From a virus (taxonomy: Duplodnaviria > Caudoviricetes), in IMG/VR virus record IMGVR_UViG_3300028048_000059, positions 64,001-128,000 of that record: a DNA stretch of 64,000 nucleotides. One strand, written 5' to 3'. The translations under genes were made by a program, and so were the position numbers. The notes under the pieces were generated by a model. It was not told the origin of the DNA. It saw only the letters and a program-made list of their open reading frames with translations, and did no database searches. The stretch's first letter is position 1; every line of letters begins with the position of its first letter. Shown in pieces: positions 49,559 through 57,130 of this stretch.

Positions 49559-50095
49559 TTAGAAGGGAAGTACCATATCGTCTGTGCTCGCCTTATAAGA
49601 AACTGGCTTATCTGTGCAATAAAATACACCTTCGCGTTCTACAAAAATTTCCTTTGCGATCTCTTGATATAGAGTTGAGCATTGTCCATAATAGTCTCCG
49701 AGGTCATCCGTATAGAACTGTACTACACGATTTTGGAAAACGATATAATACATATTGTTTGAAAATACACAAGGGAGAACTCGGGTAAAATTTAACGCAG
49801 GATTACCCTCAAAGGCCGTAATGAAAAGCTCATCAATGTCCATCTTTGTCGGACGGCGTAGGGCCGCCACGCCATTGGCCGGCACGACAGTCACCTTGAC
49901 AGTAACATTGCCAAAAGTCTTCTCTGGAAGCAGAATCTGCGCAATTGCATCTGCCTTTTCGCCATCTTCTACATATACCTTAATTTCAGGAGTAGCCTCA
50001 TCATAAATTACATGCACCTGATCATCATTCTTAAACATTGCATGAATCTGGCGGTAAAAAATTGTCCATGGAGCAGAGAGTTGAAACGTTGCCAT
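49559..50095 (-). CDS. conserved phage protein of unknown function
   Basis: LSAPW...FGNV...AFEGNP...VVQFY.DDL.D. Confidence 0.7.
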   Translation of the reverse strand: MATFQLSAPWTIFYRQIHAMFKNDDQVHVIYDEATPEIKVYVEDGEKADAIAQILLPEKTFGNVTVKVTVVPANGVAALRRPTKMDIDELFITAFEGNPALNFTRVLPCVFSNNMYYIVFQNRVVQFYTDDLGDYYGQCSTLYQEIAKEIFVEREGVFYCTDKPVSYKASTDDMVLPF

Positions 50096-50200
50096 AATTA
50101 TTTTACCTCATTTCTTAATTATAAATAGGAGCATATTGTGCTTGCTTAACACGTGACCAAGAAGAAGAAAAAACAAGATGAGTGCGGCGCTTAGTCATAA

Positions 50201-50491
50201 TTAATTATCCTCCTCAATATCCTTGAATCGGTCCTTATTACGTCTATCACGAATAGGCGCGGTGTCAGCCCGCGGCGGCTTGTTTGGATTTTCCTTTCGA
50301 TCAAATTGCTCTTTAAGCCGCGGCTCAATAGGCGAATTTTTTGAATAAAAATGTCTTGGCTTACGGAATTCAGTCACATCGTACTTGTCACGTAGAATGT
50401 TTTCACGCTTACGCGCATACTTCCACGCTTGCTTACGCTTCTTTGAGATTTCATCAACAAAAACAGGTGCCTCAAAAATATTGTCTTCCAT
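50201..50491 (-). CDS. basic hypothetical protein
   Basis: ORF with AAGGAG RBS. Confidence 0.6.
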   Translation of the reverse strand: MEDNIFEAPVFVDEISKKRKQAWKYARKRENILRDKYDVTEFRKPRHFYSKNSPIEPRLKEQFDRKENPNKPPRADTAPIRDRRNKDRFKDIEEDN

Positions 50492-50500
50492 AATTACTCC

Positions 50501-50713
50501 TTAAAATTCATCTTCTAGATCTTCATCTGTGACAACACCATCACGATCATCCATAATATAGAACTGAACAGTATCGACTGCATCTCCGCCATAATAATGA
50601 ATAAGCTTATCAATGGCTTCACCACAGCTATAACCATAGCAGAAACCTTTTTCTTCCACATTATCATGCTTGATAACATCATCGAAATATTTAATTTTGT
50701 AACGAAGCGTCAT
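50501..50713 (-). CDS. hypothetical protein
   Basis: ORF behind promoter 50749-50777. Confidence 0.6.
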   Translation of the reverse strand: MTLRYKIKYFDDVIKHDNVEEKGFCYGYSCGEAIDKLIHYYGGDAVDTVQFYIMDDRDGVVTDEDLEDEF

Positions 50714-50748
50714 TTTATTTTCTTTTCCTTTCTCTCGTTTATATAATT

Positions 50749-50777
50749 ATTATACTATAATTTGGGCAAGAAGTCAA
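50749..50777 (-). promoter_or_regulatory. sigma-A promoter
   Basis: TTGACT-17-TATAAT. Confidence 0.8.
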
Positions 50778-50989
50778 ATATTTTGTTGCATCCAATTCCA
50801 AAGAGCTGCGCTTGAACAAGTATAAGTTAGCATATCATTTAGATTCCGTACCAACCTAACTCCTTCTACTGCTGAATACTTACCAGAACGAACATCTTGC
50901 ATAACCCAATAATAAAGATTAAATACTTTCTGTTCATAAGTGAGTTTATTCCAAGAATCTCTGTCCATCATCTTGTTTGCTCCCTTCAT
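50774..50989 (-). CDS. hypothetical protein
   Basis: ORF behind promoter 51001-51029. Confidence 0.55.
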   Translation of the reverse strand: MKGANKMMDRDSWNKLTYEQKVFNLYYWVMQDVRSGKYSAVEGVRLVRNLNDMLTYTCSSAALWNWMQQNI

Positions 50990-51000
50990 TTGATATATTT

Positions 51001-51029
51001 ATTATACCAGAATTTTTATGGTAAGTCAA
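51001..51029 (-). promoter_or_regulatory. sigma-A promoter
   Basis: TTGACT-17-TATAAT with TG. Confidence 0.8.
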
Positions 51030-51468
51030 ATAAATATTTTTCAAAATTCTCTAATATGAATTCTTCTTCTAAGATTCGTTTACCCCAACTGAATCTTTCA
51101 TTATAATAGCCTTCGTTTAGCAGCGAAATGACAACTTTATGTTTCCCGCTAGAACAGTGAATAAAATAATTATTGCCAATATAAATACCAACATGATCTG
51201 AGAGGTCGCCATCTCCGCGATTTGTATTAAAACACACAATATCGCCTTCTTTTAATTGCGCAATTTCATTTATGGTGCAATAATTATTTGAATAGCCAAT
51301 TTTCTTTGCAGAATGTGGTAAATCAATATCAAAAGTTTGTTTATAACAAAAAACCACAAAACCAGAACAATCAAATGTTTTTGGTCCTGCGGCGGCAAAC
51401 CTATACGGTTTATCTAATTGTTGAGTGCATAAAGTGAGCAACATTACGATTAATGTAATGAATTTCAC
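51016..51468 (-). CDS. NlpC/P60 (C40) peptidase
   Basis: PY...GP..FDCSGFV, GDIVCF, HVGIYIG, FIHCSS. Confidence 0.9.
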   Translation of the reverse strand: MKFITLIVMLLTLCTQQLDKPYRFAAAGPKTFDCSGFVVFCYKQTFDIDLPHSAKKIGYSNNYCTINEIAQLKEGDIVCFNTNRGDGDLSDHVGIYIGNNYFIHCSSGKHKVVISLLNEGYYNERFSWGKRILEEEFILENFEKYLFDLP

Positions 51469-51929
51469 TGCTCTTGCTCCTCTAACATTTTTATTGTATT
51501 TAACATAATTTGTTTTAATTGATTGTCAATTCCAAAGCGTTCAGCATTGAGTTCAATGCTTTTTAATAAATTTCCATTTTTATATCGCTCACTAGATGCT
51601 TTCCAGTCGGCAATCATTTCCATAATATCCACTAAATTCATTCCTTCAATTCCATCAGGAAAATGTTGCGGATGATGCCTATTAACAGCATAATGATGTT
51701 CCAATGCCGGCTGCAATTCTTTTAAATTTTTTTTATATTCTTCTGATCCATATTCTAATTGAGAAATATTATCAGAATGATCTGCAAAGAGTTGAAGTTC
51801 TGGGGCAGTTAGTTTGCTCGCGTCATGTGATAAACCACGATCGGTTAGTTTGTCGGTAAATATGCGTAAATATTTACGGACTTTCTCAATGTGATCGTAT
51901 ATATCAAGACGACAACTATTAATGTCCAT
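51465..51929 (-). CDS. HD-like phage protein (DUF5662-like)
   Basis: HI..V...HDASK...E...HHY..NRHHP.H...M.L.D..EM.ADW. Confidence 0.75.
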   Translation of the reverse strand: MDINSCRLDIYDHIEKVRKYLRIFTDKLTDRGLSHDASKLTAPELQLFADHSDNISQLEYGSEEYKKNLKELQPALEHHYAVNRHHPQHFPDGIEGMNLVDIMEMIADWKASSERYKNGNLLKSIELNAERFGIDNQLKQIMLNTIKMLEEQEQ

Positions 51930-51972
51930 ATATCTTCCTCCTTTAAATAAAAAAGCACAGCTAAAAGCTGTG

Positions 51973-52293
51973 CTAAATTTCCTTATATCCGTAATGAGTA
52001 AGAAGCTGCCGCATATTTGCCGCGCCAACAGGGTTCATGCTGTGTATGCGGAAATACAGATGCGGAAAATTGTGTTTAATAATCCACATACAAACATCAT
52101 ATCCAGTTCGTGCAGATTCACCAAGGTCATGATCTAAATCAATAATAACTTGATGCCCTTGCGCCTGAGCAAGAATATGAACGGCTTCTTCATAAGAGCG
52201 GACAACATAAGGAATCCAATGTTCAGTATTTAAATATTGACGGAACCAAGTATCATCCTCACGAATATCGTCAAGATAGATATAATAATTCAT
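51973..52293 (-). CDS. cyclic-phosphate-processing receiver-like domain protein
   Basis: YLDDIR...VRSYEEA...DLDHDLG...TGYD...IHSMNPVG..NM. Confidence 0.75.
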   Translation of the reverse strand: MNYYIYLDDIREDDTWFRQYLNTEHWIPYVVRSYEEAVHILAQAQGHQVIIDLDHDLGESARTGYDVCMWIIKHNFPHLYFRIHSMNPVGAANMRQLLTHYGYKEI

Positions 52294-52320
52294 ACTTTTA
52301 GTTCCTTTCTTTGTTACATG

Positions 52321-52395
52321 TGGTAGGACGTGAAGGAGTCGGACCTTCGTAACGATCTTATAAGGATCGCGCACTGACCGTTATGCGAACGTCCC
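52321..52395 (-). tRNA. tRNA-Ile(UAU)
   Basis: CGATC-CT TAT AA-GATCG; GAAGG TCCGACT CCTTC; CCA. Confidence 0.85.
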
Positions 52396-52399
52396 ATAA

Positions 52400-52764
52400 A
52401 ATGCGGTTCCTCGCAAGCGAGTCGCCGCAAGTGTAAGTTTTAATCGCGTATTAAAACCTACGGGTGCCAAAGATTTACTCCTCTGGCTTAGCGACTATAT
52501 CAGTAGTTCTACTGCCAACCTCTCAATTACGCCCAAGTTGGTGAGCGGGTAGCTTGCTTGTGGTATTTCCGGATATACCTATCGTCGTAAGCAACGACGG
52601 CTTCTCATAACGAGGGAAATATATCAATAACGCTTTCCATTTTTATTGATATTCGCATTGCTCGCAAGCCTATTTACTGCGCGCTAGATGGGCGGCTTGA
52701 TTCCCTAAAACTGTGAACCGTGTTGGAATTGCACCAACAATATAATGACTTTCTGAGCGGTTCA
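52400..52764 (-). ncRNA. unclassified multi-hairpin RNA beginning with a tRNA-minihelix-like element
   Basis: About ten consecutive stems, no ORF, located between two tRNAs. Confidence 0.55.
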
Positions 52765-52848
52765 TGGTCCTCCTACTCAGAGTTGCACTGAGACGCCTTT
52801 CGGCACTTGATTTTGAGTCAAGCGTGGCTGCTATTACACCATAGGAGG
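52765..52848 (-). tRNA. tRNA-Leu(CAA)
   Basis: CTTGA-CT CAA AA-TCAAG, variable arm GCC-GAAA-GGC, CCTCCTA/TAGGAGG, ACCA. Confidence 0.85.
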
Positions 52849-52910
52849 TTAAACGAGAGCGTATGTACAGACGGTCTCTCCGCTCTTTCTACACATGGCA
52901 GATGAGCTAA

Positions 52911-53255
52911 TGGTGCCGGTGACCGGACTTGAACCGGTACGACCTCGCGGTCAGCGGATTTTCTTACTACTCCATATTACTATGGCCGTATAATTACGTT
53001 GTAGTCTGGACTATGTTTTTACCATATCTTGCGACTTAGGTAGTTCCTATATAGTCTCTACACATTTAAATTGGCTGAGGAGACTCTTGTACACTCATTT
53101 AATTGCTTACATTTATCTGTCTAGCAAACCAATTATTTAGCTCGGCGTAATCCAAATTGGACTTCCGCCGAATTAGGGAACATTCACATTAGAACTTTCG
53201 TATCTAAGTGCTCAATTTAATAAGTCCGCTGTGTCTGCCATTCCACCACACCGGC
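52911..53255 (-). tRNA. tRNA-Leu(UAA), split by a group I intron (exons 53222-53255 and 52911-52962)
   Basis: Exons join to GCGGA-CT TAA AA-TCCGC, with variable arm, GGTTCAAGTCC and ACCA. Confidence 0.92.
52963..53221 (-). mobile_element. group I intron in the anticodon of tRNA-Leu(UAA) (259 nt)
   Basis: CUU| pairs with GAG; R = TAGAGACTA, S = ACATAGTCC; terminal G. Confidence 0.9.
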
Positions 53256-53356
53256 ATAATACCTGATGTAATTTTAAATTACTTTACTGCATAATCTTAT
53301 ATTACAAAGAAAATGCTCTGATGGCTATCAGGTGTAGCCTTCTTTCTTATAAAATT

Positions 53357-53385
53357 ATTATATCATAATTTCACAAGCAAGTCAA
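53357..53385 (-). promoter_or_regulatory. sigma-A promoter of the tRNA cluster
   Basis: TTGACT-17-TATAAT with TG. Confidence 0.85.
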
Positions 53386-53386
53386 G

Positions 53387-53704
53387 TTAAAACCAACCGA
53401 AGAAATCAAAAAGAGTTGGAATATCATCTACCGAATGGGAAGTATAATGATAACTACCATAATCCTTTGTGAACTGCTCAATGGCTTCTCTGTACTGATG
53501 CTGCGCACTCACCATTGCCTTACGAAGTTCTTCAATCTTTGCAGCACGAGACTTACGTTCGGCCGCCAGACGTTCCTTCTCAGCCTTTTCGCGTTCTTCC
53601 TTAATCTTCGCGCGGTTTTCTTGTTCCTTAGCTGCAAATTCAGCCTTTTCGCAAGCTTCTACACTATCGTAGAGCTTCTTAGTTCTTTCACCATAATACT
53701 TCAT
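53387..53704 (-). CDS. conserved coiled-coil phage protein
   Basis: KYY.E.TKKLYDS...AE...RK.RA..IE...F.KDYGSYH. Confidence 0.7.
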   Translation of the reverse strand: MKYYGERTKKLYDSVEACEKAEFAAKEQENRAKIKEEREKAEKERLAAERKSRAAKIEELRKAMVSAQHQYREAIEQFTKDYGSYHYTSHSVDDIPTLFDFFGWF

Positions 53705-53784
53705 ATAGTATCCTCTCCTATAATTGTATTGTTGCGTTGTGTTAGGGAGAAAGTTCCTTTCCTTTTCTCCCTCACAACATATAT

Positions 53785-53813
53785 ATTATAGCAGAATTTT
53801 AGATGAAAGTCAA
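53785..53813 (-). promoter_or_regulatory. sigma-A promoter
   Basis: TTGACT-17-TATAAT with TG. Confidence 0.8.
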
Positions 53814-54226
53814 ATATTTTCTGAGATAAGAGTCCACCCAGCAGGGTAATCCGCTGGCGACCAAATATTATTATCAATTGCTGATTCATAAATTTGGCCG
53901 TTGTAACGTACCTTATCTCCTTTCATATATGGATTTGTGCTATCCGGCTGTTCCCAATCAGGAATAACCTCTGGATCTGGGATTAATACTTTGGCAAACA
54001 ATCCCGTCGCCGCGACTGGTGTCCATACTGGTTGAGACTTGTGGTTTTGTAATACCTTATAAAGCACATCGTCATAACGCACTTTTTCTCCGGCTGTGTA
54101 TTGTACTCCGTCGCCAGACCATAGGGGGTAAAGTAATTTACCCTCTAAGGCATCTGCATCATCAAGCGACTGTGCCGCTTTTTCTATCAGCGCGCGCATT
54201 TTAGTTGCTAATTCTAATAAAGTCAA
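53810..54226 (-). CDS. CBM5/12-like carbohydrate-binding tail accessory protein
   Basis: W...Y..GEKVRY...LYKVLQ.H.SQ..WTP; WEQP...Y.KGDKV.YNG..YES..DNN.WSP..YP.GW. Confidence 0.8.
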   Translation of the reverse strand: MTLLELATKMRALIEKAAQSLDDADALEGKLLYPLWSGDGVQYTAGEKVRYDDVLYKVLQNHKSQPVWTPVAATGLFAKVLIPDPEVIPDWEQPDSTNPYMKGDKVRYNGQIYESAIDNNIWSPADYPAGWTLISENI

Positions 54227-54481
54227 TTACTCCACCCCCAATATAATCTTGGCGGCCTTTAATTCTTCTGCTAACGAAGCGTTTTCATTGGCAAGAATTT
54301 CTAAATATTCATCTTTTGTGTAACCAACTAGGTTATATTGATAGCCGTGAACAGTTACATCATCAAATGTTTTTTCATATTCTTGAATATCTGATGCTAC
54401 CAATACTTCATTTGGAGTAATATCAACTGTTTTGGGGGTTGCCTCTCCATAAATTATACCATAGTTTTTCATGTAAGTCAA
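54227..54481 (-). CDS. tail-fibre-associated small protein
   Basis: Y.YN...YTKDEY..IL pattern, next to a fibre gene. Confidence 0.6.
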   Translation of the reverse strand: MTYMKNYGIIYGEATPKTVDITPNEVLVASDIQEYEKTFDDVTVHGYQYNLVGYTKDEYLEILANENASLAEELKAAKIILGVE

Positions 54482-54486
54482 CCTCC

Positions 54487-56229
54487 TTATTTGGTCGTTG
54501 GCGCCAACATTAAACGCGCACCCTTACTATAAGCACTATTATTCATTCCGTAATCATATGCATAATTAAAAAGGCCGCAATTATCACCATGAGTGGGTGC
54601 GCCGCCAACGTATATAACATGAGGTTCGGAGAATGAACTAGATGCCCATACATAGTCGCCGACAGGCAATAGAGAAGTTGCACCACTCGCTTCTGTCGGG
54701 AAGTAAATGTGATCTTGTTCTTCATCATAACCAAAACGAGAAATCCATGAGCTTGTTTTTGAAACCGCTAATGTACTATCTGTAAGCGCGCCATTCGTTT
54801 CAACTGTGATATCACCCACAAAACGCCAACCATTGCCCCAAAGATTTTCGGCACCGCGGTAAGAAACAGAACGTTTACCAGATTCATTAAAAGTTGTAGT
54901 ATTATTACCAGTGACAAGAGTAGAGCTTGTGGCCTCACCACTAGCATTACCAAGATTAGCTGTTGCACCAGTTTGCACGCTATTGTTAGTGTTTGAAGTA
55001 GACGGCAGATCCACTACGCCGCGCCCTAATGCAACTTGCGCATTTAATGAAGCATACTCAATGATAAATAACATTTGGTTGGCGCTTTCAAAAGCCATAT
55101 TAGTTAATTGCCACCTACTACCACGATTGGCCGCCATGCGTTGTGCATTAGCATAAGTAAATGTACGTGATCCGCCGGCTAATGGTTTTGCGTCTGCCAC
55201 AGAAGATAATTTATCATTATTAAAATCTACTGTAATACTATCATTTGTCGCATAGCGATTTTCTGACACGTCATAGCAAGACCCTTGATATGCAGAGAAA
55301 TATACTGGCATCTTCTCATCTACAAATATTGGATGTAGATGAAAACTGGCCTGTGCTATATCAGAAATTTCCAGCCGTTCTTTTTGTATCTTTCCATCGG
55401 TAGCCAGTAAAATAGACCTATGATAATAGAAAGGCGGCTGCTCGACCATAACCTGACCATTGCTACCATCTTCACGATAATTACTATCACCATAATATGC
55501 TAGCACGTTGCCTAAGTCATCAACATTGCAACGACGACGTTTGTACATTGAGAAATTATCGAATGCTGCACCAGGTGTTAAATTTTCATCATCACGTGTA
55601 ACTGTACGGTTCACATAGTCAATTGTAACACCAAGTGTGATACCAGTTGGTGTTGGTGTTGGTGTTGGAGTATCGCCGCCACCATCAATATCTGTTTCGT
55701 CATGTGTACCAGCAACAATATGTCCATCACTGCCAACAACAACGACCTTGCCAGCATTTTGTGACCCAAGATTGGGATTACCTTCAATTTGGGACATTGC
55801 CGTTTCAAGTGCATTCAATTCAGTAGTAATGGCTTTTTGCGTCATTGTGCCGTCTTCATTCGTACCTTTTTGCTTATAATATTTAGATGTCTCTATATCA
55901 TAAGTAATTAAATCGCCGGGGTATTGGAAAAGAATGGAGTTAGTTATTGCGGTGTCCGTTCTTTGATCATTATTTGCTGGTGTAAACTCAGCAATTTCTT
56001 GATCAATAACTTCTGTTAAATTAGTATCTAAACGCTCTAATATATCATTCGCTGTCGCAAGCGTCTCTTGCGCCAATTCGTTATTAGCTTGCGTTTGCTC
56101 GGTAATTGTATCAATATTAGCTACGGCCGCATTTGCATTTTTAACAGCCTGCTCGGCTTTTTTAGCATAAGAGTCGATTTGTCCAGTGGAACTCATACTC
56201 TTAGCAAGAATAATGTCTAGTATGTCCAT
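54487..56229 (-). CDS. tail fibre / receptor-binding protein with C-terminal C-type-lectin-like fold
   Basis: Coiled coil, MTQKAIT, PT linker, YRGAENLWGN...GG...CGLF...GARL. Confidence 0.7.
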   Translation of the reverse strand: MDILDIILAKSMSSTGQIDSYAKKAEQAVKNANAAVANIDTITEQTQANNELAQETLATANDILERLDTNLTEVIDQEIAEFTPANNDQRTDTAITNSILFQYPGDLITYDIETSKYYKQKGTNEDGTMTQKAITTELNALETAMSQIEGNPNLGSQNAGKVVVVGSDGHIVAGTHDETDIDGGGDTPTPTPTPTGITLGVTIDYVNRTVTRDDENLTPGAAFDNFSMYKRRRCNVDDLGNVLAYYGDSNYREDGSNGQVMVEQPPFYYHRSILLATDGKIQKERLEISDIAQASFHLHPIFVDEKMPVYFSAYQGSCYDVSENRYATNDSITVDFNNDKLSSVADAKPLAGGSRTFTYANAQRMAANRGSRWQLTNMAFESANQMLFIIEYASLNAQVALGRGVVDLPSTSNTNNSVQTGATANLGNASGEATSSTLVTGNNTTTFNESGKRSVSYRGAENLWGNGWRFVGDITVETNGALTDSTLAVSKTSSWISRFGYDEEQDHIYFPTEASGATSLLPVGDYVWASSSFSEPHVIYVGGAPTHGDNCGLFNYAYDYGMNNSAYSKGARLMLAPTTK

Positions 56230-56242
56230 AAAATCGCCTCCT

Positions 56243-56473
56243 TTAATCTTTGGGTTCTTGGTCAGCTGCACTATCTCCATTCATTAATGATATCCATTCT
56301 TTATTAGAATTTGCCATATATACATTTAAGGAATCTGGATCCTTTAATACAATTGCTACCGACCCAAGCGTAATATATTGTGGATCTATATTTTCCATGT
56401 CGGCAGCAGTATCGCAAACATGTTCATATGTAACAACATTATCCAAAGAACCTCTCTTTGTCATTATATTCAT
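56243..56473 (-). CDS. small virion-associated protein, paralog of the 56506 N-terminus
   Basis: IMTKRGSLDNVVTYEHVCDT...TLGSVAIV...VYMAN. Confidence 0.7.
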   Translation of the reverse strand: MNIMTKRGSLDNVVTYEHVCDTAADMENIDPQYITLGSVAIVLKDPDSLNVYMANSNKEWISLMNGDSAADQEPKD

Positions 56474-56505
56474 ATTAATTCACCACCTAATGAGAATAGA
56501 AAGGT

Positions 56506-57129
56506 TTATACTGCTGTATCCGCTGTATAGGTTATGTGGTCACTTAGTACAGCGGTAGATCCATTTAATCCATTTGCAGTATCAATGATTGTCCATTTCT
56601 GTTTTATAATTCCACCATATAGTTCACTTGGTGAAAAAATTAATTGATCAAATGTTAATAAATATTGCGTGCCAGTTTGATTCACAGAGCTATTATAATA
56701 AGAAGATATTATATAACCGTGACTATCATCATAAAGGCCCACAAGAACTGGCCTTTTTCCTTGTTGTCGCCAACTAGAAATTTCTTCTCCACTCACTGGT
56801 TCAACCAACGGATACTCTATGCCGATGTCATAGCCATCTTCTTCTATTGGGTGTATTTTAATAAATTTATAATCTTTTAATAAGCTATCGGTTTCATCTG
56901 CTTCGCTTCCTCCGCCAGATGAAGAAGCAGTAGATAACAAAATCCATTGATGTTCACCGTTCGCAATATAAACTTCCAATTCCCCAGATGCACCTTGTAC
57001 AACAATAGCAACTGACCCCAGTGTTGAATATTCATATGCAATATTATTTAAATCATTGATGGTGTCGCAATAATGTTCGTAAGTAACAACATTATCAGCG
57101 CTGCCCCGCTTTGACATTATATGTGCCAT
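56506..57129 (-). CDS. virion-associated protein
   Basis: IMSKRGSADNVVTYEHYCDT...TLGSVAIV...VYIAN plus a C-terminal extension. Confidence 0.7.
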   Translation of the reverse strand: MAHIMSKRGSADNVVTYEHYCDTINDLNNIAYEYSTLGSVAIVVQGASGELEVYIANGEHQWILLSTASSSGGGSEADETDSLLKDYKFIKIHPIEEDGYDIGIEYPLVEPVSGEEISSWRQQGKRPVLVGLYDDSHGYIISSYYNSSVNQTGTQYLLTFDQLIFSPSELYGGIIKQKWTIIDTANGLNGSTAVLSDHITYTADTAV

Positions 57130-57130
57130 A

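Noticed and set aside
47391-52764. tmRNA or RNase P RNA identity for the structured RNAs
   Set aside because: No alanyl tRNA-like ends with a tag frame, and no GAGGAAAGUCC-type P4 signature on the transcribed strand
47166-52910. HDV-like theta ribozymes in tRNA trailers
   Set aside because: Pseudoknot-like pairings exist, but I could not identify the P1.1/L3/J4-2 catalytic pattern by eye
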